38,296 nucleotides of DNA from an uncultured delta proteobacterium (GTDB lineage: Bacteria > Myxococcota_A > Polyangia > Polyangiales > Ga0077539). Numbering within the stretch: position 1 is the first letter of the stretch; every line of letters starts with the position of its first letter. The stretch covers positions 1 to 38,296 of the forward strand of contig CAISKJ010001284.1 of the NCBI GenBank assembly GCA_903885885.1, read 5' to 3'. Below the pieces are notes generated by a model. It ran no database searches, was not told the origin of the DNA, and saw only the letters and a list, made by a program, of their open reading frames with translations. This document shows, piece after piece, positions 12,860 through 21,928 of this stretch. Position numbers and translations under genes: made by a program.

Positions 12860-13801
12860 ATGCGATCCCGCTTTCGGCACCTCCCCCACGCCACCCGCCT
12901 CGCCGCTTTCGTCGGCCTCGGCCTCGCGGTGACCTCCATCGCAGCGATGCGCCAGGCGCGCGCGCAGATGCACGAAGGCATGCGACATCTTGCGCGGCAA
13001 CTCATGCCCTACGCCGAGCAGGGCGTGATCGAGGCTCCGCGGCGAGTAGAGATCAACGGCGAGTCGCTCTACCTTGCGATGGGGACGACGCACGATGGCG
13101 TCACCGCCGCGCTCGACTACTACGAATCGTGGTGCGATCGCCGCGCCGGGCACGTGACCGAGTCGGTCGCGCAGTCTGATGGTTCGGCGTTCGGTTCGCT
13201 GTGGTCATCGGGGGGGCGGCTCGGCACGCGCCTCGAGATGGTGCGCGAGGGCGACGAGAGCGAGGGCTACGTCATCTGCGTCGACGTGGGCGATCAGCGT
13301 CTTACAGGTGCAGAACTCGGGCAACGCTTGCGCGCGGTGGTCGACACGGGCGACCTTTCACGCTGGGGCAACCTCCGCTACGCCTACGTGCAGCGGGCGT
13401 CGACCGGTACGCGCATCATCACCGTGGCCACCGACGGCAGGTTCAACCTCTTGCGCATGTTTCCTAGCGAGGGCGACGCACCGGGTGAAGACACGCCGGG
13501 CCTCGCGCGCTTCCCTGGCATGCGTCGCGTGCTCTCGGCCCACGAAGACGGGCACGCCAACAACCTCGGCGTGTACTCCGCGCGGGCCCCCATCGCAGAC
13601 GTGCGTGGCTGGTACCGCTCGGAGATGGCTCGTCGTGGGTGGTCGCTCTCCGACGTGCCCGCCACCGTGCGTCTGCCCGCTGCGGCGGCCAACCACCGAG
13701 ACCGCTCGCTCACGTTCTCGCGCGGCAACGACGCCACCCTGGTGCTCGTGTTCGACCACGCGGACGGCATCACGTCGATGATGTCCCTCGCGGCGCTCTA
13801 A
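12860..13801 (+). CDS. Hypothetical exported/membrane-anchored protein inside the Tad locus
   Basis: 313 aa. N-terminal hydrophobic segment LAAFVGLGLAVTSIAAM. GAGGAG RBS. No motif I recognise. Confidence 0.5.
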   Translation: MRSRFRHLPHATRLAAFVGLGLAVTSIAAMRQARAQMHEGMRHLARQLMPYAEQGVIEAPRRVEINGESLYLAMGTTHDGVTAALDYYESWCDRRAGHVTESVAQSDGSAFGSLWSSGGRLGTRLEMVREGDESEGYVICVDVGDQRLTGAELGQRLRAVVDTGDLSRWGNLRYAYVQRASTGTRIITVATDGRFNLLRMFPSEGDAPGEDTPGLARFPGMRRVLSAHEDGHANNLGVYSARAPIADVRGWYRSEMARRGWSLSDVPATVRLPAAAANHRDRSLTFSRGNDATLVLVFDHADGITSMMSLAAL

Positions 13802-13859
13802 ACACCCCTCGATCATAACGCTGCGTCGATGCGACGCGGGCCGCGGTTGCCGTTGTGTC

Positions 13860-13874
13860 TGGCACTGACTTTGG
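13860..13874 (+). promoter_or_regulatory. Weak sigma-54-like element upstream of cpaB
   Basis: TGGCAC-TGACT-TTGG has a perfect -24 box and correct spacing, but the conserved -12 GC is GG. It lies in the 168-nt gap about 95 nt upstream of the cpaB ATG. Confidence 0.2.
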
Positions 13875-13969
13875 TCTAGTGTCTCCGCGCCTGCGACGGT
13901 ATCCGCGGCGGCGGCGCCGCGCTCGGCGCACGCATCGGCCAACGCGCGGCATCGGTTGAGGGTGATTGG

Positions 13970-14806
13970 ATGAACACGAAGGCGCTTTTCATCGCGATCG
14001 GGGCTGCGGTTCTCGGGCTCGTGTTCTTGCTCATGTACAAGAAGCGTTTCGAAACCGAGGCGTCGGGTGGCACACCCATCCCCGTGCTCGTAGCGGTGCA
14101 AGACATTCCCCTGGGCACCGCGCTCACCGAGACAATGCTCGGGCAGAGGTACATCCCGCAGGCCTACCTCGAGGACCGCTTCATCCGTTACTCCGACCTT
14201 CGTCGCATCGTGGGCGTGCGCGTGAGCATGGGCCTCAAGGCCAACCAGACCGTCATGTGGACCGACCTCGCCACGGCCTCCGACGCGCGCCGCGACCTGT
14301 CGAGCCTCGTGAGCAACGGCATGCGCGCCATCACGGTGCGCGCTGACATCACGAACTCGTTCGGCGGCCTGCTGCGCCCGGGCGATCGCGTCGACGTGCT
14401 CGGTACGCTCTCGCGTACGGGCGGCGAGAACGATCGCGTGACCATTCCGCTGCTCCAGAACGTGCTGGTGCTTGCCGCAGGGCGTGACACGGGCGGTGAG
14501 GCGCAGCGCCAGCAGGTGAACGGTCAGTCGAACCCGTCGAACCAGCCGCAGGACATCTCGCAGGTGACGCTCAGCGTCTCGATGGAAGAGGCGCAGCTTC
14601 TCACGTACGTGTCCGATCGCGGCGGGGCGAGCGGGCGGCACACGGGGCTCACGCTCGTGCTGCGCAACCCCGAAGACATCGCCATCATCGAGAACGTCCC
14701 CGAGACCGGCATCGATGACATCTTCGAGCCCGTGCGTCGCCAGCAGATCTCGCGTCGTCGCCGCCAGATCATCGAGCGCATCGGCCCCAGCAACCCGAAC
14801 CCGTAG
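13970..14806 (+). CDS. cpaB: Flp pilus assembly protein CpaB/RcpC
   Basis: N-terminal TM helix, a SAF-like segment (VLVAVQDIPLGTALTETML...) and an RcpC/CpaB segment (GMRAITVRAD...GGLLRPGDRVDVLGT). Confidence 0.85.
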   Translation: MNTKALFIAIGAAVLGLVFLLMYKKRFETEASGGTPIPVLVAVQDIPLGTALTETMLGQRYIPQAYLEDRFIRYSDLRRIVGVRVSMGLKANQTVMWTDLATASDARRDLSSLVSNGMRAITVRADITNSFGGLLRPGDRVDVLGTLSRTGGENDRVTIPLLQNVLVLAAGRDTGGEAQRQQVNGQSNPSNQPQDISQVTLSVSMEEAQLLTYVSDRGGASGRHTGLTLVLRNPEDIAIIENVPETGIDDIFEPVRRQQISRRRRQIIERIGPSNPNP

Positions 14807-14845
14807 CCTCGCACGAACCTCATCGAGGAGCCGCCGAAGACCGCC

Positions 14846-16189
14846 ATGACCCTCCGCACCCTCCGCACGCTGCGCCTCGCAGGAGCGCTCTCCGTCGCGC
14901 TGTCCGCTGCACTGATCCCCTCGGCGGCCTTCGCGCAACAGCCCGCCGCCACACCTGGTCGTGGCGCGGGGCGCGACCTCACGCTCGCCATCGGCGAGCA
15001 GGTGGTGATCCCCGCGGGCGACATTCGACAGTTCTCCGAGGGCACGCCCGGCATCGTCGATGTGCGCACCTCCAACGACGGTCGTATGATCGTCGTGGGG
15101 CAGCGCGCGGGCAGCACAACCCTGCTTCTGATTCACGCCGGCGGCAACCAGGAGAACCTTCAGATCACGGTGTTTGCGCGGCGCCCCGAGGCCGTGCAAG
15201 CCGAGATTGAGAACCTCCTCGAGGGCTACACCGGCGTGCAGATTCGACGGGTGGGCGCGCGCCTCTACCTCGAGGGCGGCGTGGCCAGCGAGGCCCAGCA
15301 GCGCCGCGTGCAGCAGATCGCGACGCTGTACCCCGGCCAGGTCGAGTCGCTCGTGGCCATCGATCCGACCATCGTCGAGCGCCGCATCAACGTTCGCCTC
15401 GACCTGTACTTCGTCGAGCTGTCGACCAACGCGTCGCGCCGCGTGGGGCTTTCGTGGCCCGCGTTCATCGGTGGCAGCGCGCAAGACTGGCGCCTTGACT
15501 CTTCGTACAACCTCATCGCCCCGCTGGGCGGTCAGTCGGTGCCGCCGGGCGTGCAGTTCGCACGCGCCACGCTTTCGAATCAGCCCCTGCCGCGCCTCGA
15601 CATCGCCGCGAACGGCGGCTACGCGCGGGTGCTCCGTCAGGCCACGCTCATCACGGCCAACGGCAACGAGGCACGCTACCGCAACGGCGGCGAGCTCAAC
15701 TTTCGCCTCGTGGCGGGCAACGGTGGCGCATCGCTCGCGCAGATCGAGTTCGGCACCACCGTGAAGGTCACCCCGCGCTTCGATCCGCAGAGCTCGCGCA
15801 TCGACCTCCGCGTCGAGGCTGACATCTCCGATCCGGTGCAGACGGGCACCGAACTCCCCGGTCGAAACATCTCGCAGCTGAACACTCTGGTGAACCTTCA
15901 GCTCGGGCAGTCGATCATCATGTCGGGCTTTCGCTCGCGCACGCAGACGAACGGCTCGTCGGGTCTGCCGGGGCTTCGATCGATTCCGATTCTCGGGTAC
16001 CTCTTCGGCACCGAGGCCAACGACGAGACCGAGCGCGAGGGCATGATCTTCATCGTGCCCACGGTGATCGAGGGCATCTCGCGCAGCGCGCAAGACCGCG
16101 TGGCCGAGGCGCTTCGCCAGTACGAGCAGTTCTCGGGCGACATGGACGACGTGCGGCTCTACGAAGCCACGGGCGCGCAGTACCGCTAA
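14846..16189 (+). CDS. cpaC: Tad-type outer-membrane secretin CpaC/RcpA
   Basis: Signal peptide (...SAAFAQQ). N-terminal pilus-formation domain (LTLAIGEQVVIPAGDI...IVDVRTS...VVGQRAGSTTLLL). C-terminal secretin signature GLPGLRSIPILGYLFG...IFIVPTVI. Confidence 0.9.
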   Translation: MTLRTLRTLRLAGALSVALSAALIPSAAFAQQPAATPGRGAGRDLTLAIGEQVVIPAGDIRQFSEGTPGIVDVRTSNDGRMIVVGQRAGSTTLLLIHAGGNQENLQITVFARRPEAVQAEIENLLEGYTGVQIRRVGARLYLEGGVASEAQQRRVQQIATLYPGQVESLVAIDPTIVERRINVRLDLYFVELSTNASRRVGLSWPAFIGGSAQDWRLDSSYNLIAPLGGQSVPPGVQFARATLSNQPLPRLDIAANGGYARVLRQATLITANGNEARYRNGGELNFRLVAGNGGASLAQIEFGTTVKVTPRFDPQSSRIDLRVEADISDPVQTGTELPGRNISQLNTLVNLQLGQSIIMSGFRSRTQTNGSSGLPGLRSIPILGYLFGTEANDETEREGMIFIVPTVIEGISRSAQDRVAEALRQYEQFSGDMDDVRLYEATGAQYR

Positions 16190-16250
16190 GACAAGCTGTC
16201 CTCTCGCGGGCGCCGCGGCGCCGCTGCGTAGAGGGCGCCGCAAGGAAGCG

Positions 16251-18029
16251 ATGGATCAGGTCCTCCTCTCGATCGAGACGCCCAACTCCCCTCCGATGAC
16301 CTACATGGTCCCGTCGGGCGGAGAGATCTCAATCGGGCGCGACGAGACCTGCACCGTGGTGCTCGCCTCGCCCGACATCTCGCGTCGGCACGTGAACATC
16401 AACATTCACCCGCAGTCGATCGTCGTGCGCGACTCGTCGAGCAACGGTACGCAGGTCGGCACGCAGCGGGTGTTTCGCTCCGAGCTCCCAGTCCCCTTCG
16501 GCACGCCCATTCAGGTGGGGCCGTATGTGATCCGCGTGATTCGGCAGGGCGCGCAAAACGCGGCCGCCGCGCCGCCGCCGGGGGCCGTGCCGCCTCTTCC
16601 GCCGGTGCCAGGTCGTGGGCCCAACCCCATGGGGCAGACCATGGCTGCGGGTGCCAACGGCGCGCCTCGTCGCAACGTGCCCACCATGATGCCCGGGCAG
16701 GGCCCGCCGGGCATTCCGCAGGGGCCCGCCGCGCCCACCGCGGCCGCGCCGTCGGGCGGCACGATGCACGTCTCGGTGGAGCTGCGGCGACGCATCCACC
16801 GCATGCTGCTCGACCACATGGACCTCGCGGTGCTCGACCGCTCCAAGATGGCCGACAACATGATGCGGCCGAAGGTGCGCGAGGCCCTCAAGCGCATCAT
16901 GGCGCAGGTCGCGCAGGACCTGCCTCCGGGCACCGATCAAGAGCAGCTGATGCAGGAGATGGCCGACGAGGCGCTGGGCCTCGGGCCCCTCGAGCGCTTT
17001 CTGGCCGACGGCACCATCTCAGAAATCATGGTGGTCGATCCGCACACGATCTTCGTCGAGAAGCGCGGCAAGCTCGTGCGGGCCGAGGCGCGCTTCACCG
17101 ACGACGAGGCCGTGCGAAGCTGCATCGAGCGCATCGTGACGCCCCTCGGTCGGCGCATCGATGAGAGCACGCCGCTCGTCGACGCCCGCTTGAAAGACGG
17201 CTCGCGCGTCAACGCGGTGATCAAGCCCCTGGCCATCAAGGGCGCATGCATCACCATTCGTAAGTTTTCGAAGACTCCGCTGGGCTTGAACGACCTTGTG
17301 GGCTTCGGCTCGCTCACCGACCAGATGGCGCGCTTTCTTACGCGCTCGGTGATCGCCAAGAAGAACATTGTGATCTCGGGCGGCACGGGCTCGGGCAAGA
17401 CCACGCTGCTCAATGTGCTCTCGGGCGCCATCCCGAAGGACGAGCGCATCATCACGATTGAAGACGCGGCGGAGCTGCAGCTCAACCAGCCGCACGTGGT
17501 GTCGCTCGAGTCGCGCCCGGCCAACATGGAGGGCAAAGGCGAGTACACGATTCGCGACCTCGTAAAGAACGCGCTTCGTATGCGCCCCGACCGCATCGTG
17601 GTGGGCGAGTGCCGCGGCGGCGAGTGCCTCGACATGCTCCAGGCGATGAACACGGGCCACGACGGCTCGCTCACGACGACGCACGCCAACTCGCCGCGCG
17701 AGGCCATCAACCGCCTCGAGGTGCTCGCGCTCATGTCGGGCATCGATCTCCCCGCGCGCGCCATTCGCGAGCAGATTGCCAACAGCGTGCACCTCGTGGT
17801 GCAGCAGTCGCGCTTCTCCGACGGTTCGCGCCGCGTCACGTGGATCACCGAGGTGATCGGCCTCGACGACAACTTCGAGATCCAGCTCCGGCCCATCTAC
17901 GAGTTTCTTCGCAGCGGCACGGGGCCCGACGGCAAGGTGCTCGGCGAGTACCGCGCGACGGGGTATCTCCCGTCGTTCCTCGATGTGTTCATCTCGCTCG
18001 GCCTCGTGCAAGGGAGGGACTATTTGTGA
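16251..18029 (+). CDS. cpaF: FHA-domain-fused Tad secretion ATPase (CpaF/TadA family)
   Basis: N-terminal FHA-like core (ISIGRDETCTVVLASPDISRRHVNINI...VVRDSSSNGTQVGTQRV). Pro/Ala/Gly-rich linker. ATPase with Walker A GGTGSGKTTLLN, Asp box IITIEDAAEL and His box NTGHDGSLTTTHAN. Confidence 0.9.
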   Translation: MDQVLLSIETPNSPPMTYMVPSGGEISIGRDETCTVVLASPDISRRHVNINIHPQSIVVRDSSSNGTQVGTQRVFRSELPVPFGTPIQVGPYVIRVIRQGAQNAAAAPPPGAVPPLPPVPGRGPNPMGQTMAAGANGAPRRNVPTMMPGQGPPGIPQGPAAPTAAAPSGGTMHVSVELRRRIHRMLLDHMDLAVLDRSKMADNMMRPKVREALKRIMAQVAQDLPPGTDQEQLMQEMADEALGLGPLERFLADGTISEIMVVDPHTIFVEKRGKLVRAEARFTDDEAVRSCIERIVTPLGRRIDESTPLVDARLKDGSRVNAVIKPLAIKGACITIRKFSKTPLGLNDLVGFGSLTDQMARFLTRSVIAKKNIVISGGTGSGKTTLLNVLSGAIPKDERIITIEDAAELQLNQPHVVSLESRPANMEGKGEYTIRDLVKNALRMRPDRIVVGECRGGECLDMLQAMNTGHDGSLTTTHANSPREAINRLEVLALMSGIDLPARAIREQIANSVHLVVQQSRFSDGSRRVTWITEVIGLDDNFEIQLRPIYEFLRSGTGPDGKVLGEYRATGYLPSFLDVFISLGLVQGRDYL

Positions 18030-18895
18030 ACCCCTCGGCGCAGACCACGCTCATGGGCTGGATGTCGGTGCTTCTCCTCGCGGCGGGCGTCGCGGTGGCG
18101 ATCTACATCACCCTCACCGACCCCGAGAGTTTTCTCGCGAAGCTCTACGCCGACTACGTGAAGCACCTCGACGCCGAGCTGCGCGGGCTGTTCATTCAAG
18201 AGCCCACGGGGCGCACCATCGCCAACTGGCAAATCGGCGCCGCGGTGGCCATCGTGACGGTCCACGTGATGGCCGAGCAGCCCGTCGCGTATCCGCTCAT
18301 CCCCTTCGTGGCCATTCTGCCCAAGATCTGGCTTATTGACGCGAAGACCAAGCGACAAGACAAGATCGAGCAGCAGCTCGACTCTTTTCTGACCGCCCTC
18401 GCCAACGCGCTCAAGGCCTCGCCCTCGCTCGGCGACGCGATGGGCAACACGGCCACCCTGCTGCGCTCTCCGTTGAAGGAAGAGCTCGAGCTCACCATGA
18501 AGGAGACGCAGCTCGGCATGCCGCTCGACCAGGCCATTCTCAACATGGGCGGCCGTGTGGGGTCGCGGGCCTTCGCGGGCGCGCTCACCACGGTGCTCAT
18601 CGGTCGGCAGACGGGCGGCGACCTCCCGCGCATCCTCGAGACGTCGGCCTCCACCCTCCGTGAGATGGCGCGCCTCGAGGGCGTCGTGCGCACCAAGACC
18701 GCCGAGGGCAAGGCGCAGGCGTGGGTGCTCGGCGTGATGCCCCCCATTCTCATCGGCATTCTCAACTGGATCGACCCCCAGTGGCTCACGCCCCTCAACA
18801 CCACCTTCATCGGTGGGATCGTCTGGCTCGTGGCCGTGCTCTTCTGGATCGCCGCGGTGTTCCTCGCGCGCAAGATCCTCTCGGTCGACATCTGA
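18026..18895 (+). CDS. tadB: TadB-like inner-membrane platform protein (T2SS-F family)
   Basis: GTG start overlaps the cpaF stop (GTGA at 18026-18029). TM helices plus a T2SSF-type cytoplasmic domain (LDSFLTALANALKASPSLGDAM...). Confidence 0.8.
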   Translation: MNPSAQTTLMGWMSVLLLAAGVAVAIYITLTDPESFLAKLYADYVKHLDAELRGLFIQEPTGRTIANWQIGAAVAIVTVHVMAEQPVAYPLIPFVAILPKIWLIDAKTKRQDKIEQQLDSFLTALANALKASPSLGDAMGNTATLLRSPLKEELELTMKETQLGMPLDQAILNMGGRVGSRAFAGALTTVLIGRQTGGDLPRILETSASTLREMARLEGVVRTKTAEGKAQAWVLGVMPPILIGILNWIDPQWLTPLNTTFIGGIVWLVAVLFWIAAVFLARKILSVDI

Positions 18896-18919
18896 GGGCG
18901 CAGGCGTAGGAGACCCCCA

Positions 18920-19834
18920 ATGGGCATGACACCCGTCACCGCGCTGTTCTTCTACCTCTCCCTGGCGCTCTGCGTGCTGGGCTTCGGGGTCTTCGTCTAT
19001 CAGCTCGCCCTCACTCCGGCAGATATTCAGCCCGATGTGGGCATCAAGGGCCTCAAGCGACAGGCCGTGCTCGATGAGGGTGGTCCCTTCAACACCGTCG
19101 AGCCCCTCATGCGCTGGCTCGCCACGCGCATCGCCGCGCTGCCCATCGCCGACATGCGCGAGAAGGTCAACGCGCAGATTCGCCACGCGGGCGAGTATCT
19201 CGGTCTCACCGCCGACGAGTACCTCGCGCTCTGCGTGCTGGGCTCGCTGGGCTTCGCCCTCTTCGGCTTCGTGGTCGATTATCTGGCCCCCATCGGCGGC
19301 GTGTTCGTGCTGATGTTCGCGGCCTTCGGGGCCATTCTTCCGCACATGCAGCTGTCGGGTGAGATCGAGCGGCGCTTCACGCAGGTGAACCGCGGTCTGC
19401 CCTTCGCCATCGACCTCGTGGCCCTCACCATGAGCGCCGGGTTGGACTTTCCCGGCGCCCTCCGTCAGGTGACCGAGAAGACCTCGGACAAGAACGACGC
19501 GCTCTACGAAGAGATGCAGCGCATTCTGCAGGAGCTCGAGCTGGGGCGCACGCGCAAGCAGGCGCTCCTCGCCTTCGCCGACCGTTGTCCCACCGAGGCT
19601 GTGCGCGATTTCGTCTCGTCGGTGGTGCAGGCTGAGGAGAAGGGCAACCCCCTCGCCGACGTGCTCCAGATTCAAGCCACCATGCTTCGCATGCGACGCA
19701 GCGTGGCCGCGGAGGAGAGCGCGGCGCGCGCGGGCGTGCTCATGATGGGCCCGCTGATGCTCATCTTCGCGACCATCATGCTCATTATTCTGGGGCCCTT
19801 CGCCGTGAACATCATGTCAGGCCACGGGATCTGA
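18920..19834 (+). CDS. tadC: TadC-like inner-membrane platform protein (T2SS-F family)
   Basis: AGGAG RBS. T2SSF-type region RGLPFAIDLVALTMSAGLDFPGALRQV flanked by TM helices. Confidence 0.8.
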   Translation: MGMTPVTALFFYLSLALCVLGFGVFVYQLALTPADIQPDVGIKGLKRQAVLDEGGPFNTVEPLMRWLATRIAALPIADMREKVNAQIRHAGEYLGLTADEYLALCVLGSLGFALFGFVVDYLAPIGGVFVLMFAAFGAILPHMQLSGEIERRFTQVNRGLPFAIDLVALTMSAGLDFPGALRQVTEKTSDKNDALYEEMQRILQELELGRTRKQALLAFADRCPTEAVRDFVSSVVQAEEKGNPLADVLQIQATMLRMRRSVAAEESAARAGVLMMGPLMLIFATIMLIILGPFAVNIMSGHGI

Positions 19835-19850
19835 CAGGGAGCGCACCTCA

Positions 19851-20744
19851 ATGCCCACGCCGCAGCTCGATGTCTACCTCCCCGATGGAACGGTGCAGAA
19901 CTTTCCCCTCACCGACGAGCGCGTGGTGGTGGGCACGTCGACCAAGTGCCAGGTGATGATCGATCGGCCGGAGCTCGCGCCCGAGCACCTGCTCGTCTCG
20001 CCTCGGCCCGACGGGTGTTGGGTCGCCGTCGCGCGCGGGGTGGCCACGCCGACGATCGTCGACAACATGCCCTTCGAACGCGGCATGGTCACCTGGGGCA
20101 AGACCATTCAGGTCGGTCAGGTGCGCATGGTGCTCGCCGACGGCACCCGCGCGAAGAGCAACGCCAACAAAGACAAGGACAAGAAGGAAGAGAAGGTCTC
20201 TCCGGTCATTCTCGGGGCCGCCGTGATCGTGCTGGGCCTCGCCGGGTGGATGCTTCTCACGGAGCCGGGCAACCTCGCGCCGCCGAGCCGCGTGTCGACC
20301 CCGCCGCCGGCCCTCTTCGACGACCTCAACCGCCCGTGCCCGCAGGCCGACCCGTCGCTCATCGTGTCGACCGCCGAGGAGAGCACGCGCATCGCCCTCT
20401 CGAAGGCCGAGCGCATGCCGTTTCGCACGCAAGACGGCGTCGAGGCCGTGACGTACTACGCCCAGGCCGGGTCGTGCTACCGCGCCGCGGGCAACGCCGA
20501 GGCCTCCACCGAGGCGATGCGCCGGGCCAACCTGCTGCGCGCCCGCCTCGAGGAGGAGTACACGGCCCATCGCTTTCGCCTCGAGCGCGCGCTCGAGCAG
20601 ACGCGCTACGAAGACGCCCTCTACGAGGTGAAGATGCTCACGGCGCTCGTGACGCACCGCCGCGGGCCGTACCTCACCGCCCTCAACACGCTCGAGCGTC
20701 AGCTCACCATTCGCATCGATCAGGCCGCTGCCGCGAACCGGTAG
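19851..20744 (+). CDS. FHA-domain membrane protein with helical (TPR-like) C-terminal domain
   Basis: FHA-like N-terminus (RVVVGTSTKCQVMIDRPELAPEHLLV...VDNMPF...IQVGQVRMVL). Lys-rich linker, one TM helix (VILGAAVIVLGLAGWMLL), and a helical repeat-like C-terminus. Confidence 0.75.
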   Translation: MPTPQLDVYLPDGTVQNFPLTDERVVVGTSTKCQVMIDRPELAPEHLLVSPRPDGCWVAVARGVATPTIVDNMPFERGMVTWGKTIQVGQVRMVLADGTRAKSNANKDKDKKEEKVSPVILGAAVIVLGLAGWMLLTEPGNLAPPSRVSTPPPALFDDLNRPCPQADPSLIVSTAEESTRIALSKAERMPFRTQDGVEAVTYYAQAGSCYRAAGNAEASTEAMRRANLLRARLEEEYTAHRFRLERALEQTRYEDALYEVKMLTALVTHRRGPYLTALNTLERQLTIRIDQAAAANR

Positions 20745-20767
20745 CGCTGGTGAACAGGCACATCTCC

Positions 20768-21271
20768 ATGTCGTTGCTTCGCTCGCGTCTTCGCTCTCTC
20801 GCCACCCTCGCGCTCGCGGTCGGCGCGCTCTCCTCGAGCGGCTGCGCGCCCGAGGTCTCGCTGTGTCAGGTCGACGGCGCCCTGCTCGGCACCGACCTCT
20901 ACGTCAACATCGTGGGGTATGTGCGCGTGTACGGCGAGGAGCCCTACGAGGGCCGCGCCACCGTGGCCATTCTCGACAGCGGCGGCCGCACCGTCGCCGG
21001 CGGCACCACCCGCACCTACGATCTCATCGAGTCGGGCGGGAGCTATGTGTGCGTGTACACCGTCGAGCGCAGCGGCGAGGCCTCGCAGCGCCGCCTCGGC
21101 ATCGGGCCCTTTCCGATGGCCATGGTGGGCAACGTGCGCGGCCTCTCGGTGCGCCTCACCATGAACGACCGCAGCGGCAACACGCAGACGGTCACCCTGC
21201 CGCTCTCGCGCGTGCGCGAGGTCGACGAGATGCCGAACTTCAACTGCGGGTCGACCCACTGCGGGCGATGA
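20768..21271 (+). CDS. Lipoprotein, unknown function
   Basis: MSLLRSRLRSLATLALAVGALSSSGC is a signal peptide plus lipobox. An alternative GTG start lies at 20749. Confidence 0.6.
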   Translation: MSLLRSRLRSLATLALAVGALSSSGCAPEVSLCQVDGALLGTDLYVNIVGYVRVYGEEPYEGRATVAILDSGGRTVAGGTTRTYDLIESGGSYVCVYTVERSGEASQRRLGIGPFPMAMVGNVRGLSVRLTMNDRSGNTQTVTLPLSRVREVDEMPNFNCGSTHCGR

Positions 21272-21346
21272 GCCAGCGCCCCTTCGCAACCCGTCGACGC
21301 GATCTACACGACTCCATCGAGCGCGGTGTATAACCGCCGCGCTCGG

Positions 21347-21928
21347 ATGAACGTCACCGCTCGAACCCTCGCGCTGGCACTCGTCGCGCTCGCTCCGTGC
21401 GGCGTCGGCTGCGCCGCGCGCGCCGCGCAGCAGGGGCCCACGACGGACCCCATGGCCAGCGTTACGGCGCAGCAGCTGTACGACACGGGCCTCGCGGCCG
21501 CGCGCGCGGGCGACCTCGTGCGGGCCGAGCAGTACCTCGTGGCGTCGATGCAGCGGGGCATGCCCGAGCCCCGCGTGCTGCGTCAGCTCGTGAGCGTGTG
21601 CGTGCAGGCCTCGCGCTTTCGCGCCGCGGTGGCGTACGCGCGGCCCTACCTCGAGCGGCACCCGCACGACTGGGCGCTGCGGTACCTCCTGGGCACCATT
21701 CTCGAGGGGCTCGACGAGCACCAGTCGGCGCGGCGCGAGCTCGAGGCGGTGATCGCCGACAACGCGCGCCACGCCGAGGCCCACTTTCTCCTCGCGACGC
21801 TGCTGCGAGAGCGCTTCAACGACCCGGTGAGCGCAGACGTGCACTTCCGGCAATACATCGAGATCGCGCCCGATGGCTCGCACGCCGAAGAGGCGCGGGC
21901 AGGGATGCTGAGGCAGGTCGGGCAATGA
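21347..21928 (+). CDS. TPR-repeat lipoprotein (TadD-like candidate)
   Basis: MNVTARTLALALVALAPCGVGC (lipobox) followed by TPR-like helical pairs (AQQLYDTGLAAARAGDLVRAEQYL..., AEAHFLLATLL...). The track ORF starts at a GTG at 21326. Confidence 0.6.
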   Translation: MNVTARTLALALVALAPCGVGCAARAAQQGPTTDPMASVTAQQLYDTGLAAARAGDLVRAEQYLVASMQRGMPEPRVLRQLVSVCVQASRFRAAVAYARPYLERHPHDWALRYLLGTILEGLDEHQSARRELEAVIADNARHAEAHFLLATLLRERFNDPVSADVHFRQYIEIAPDGSHAEEARAGMLRQVGQ

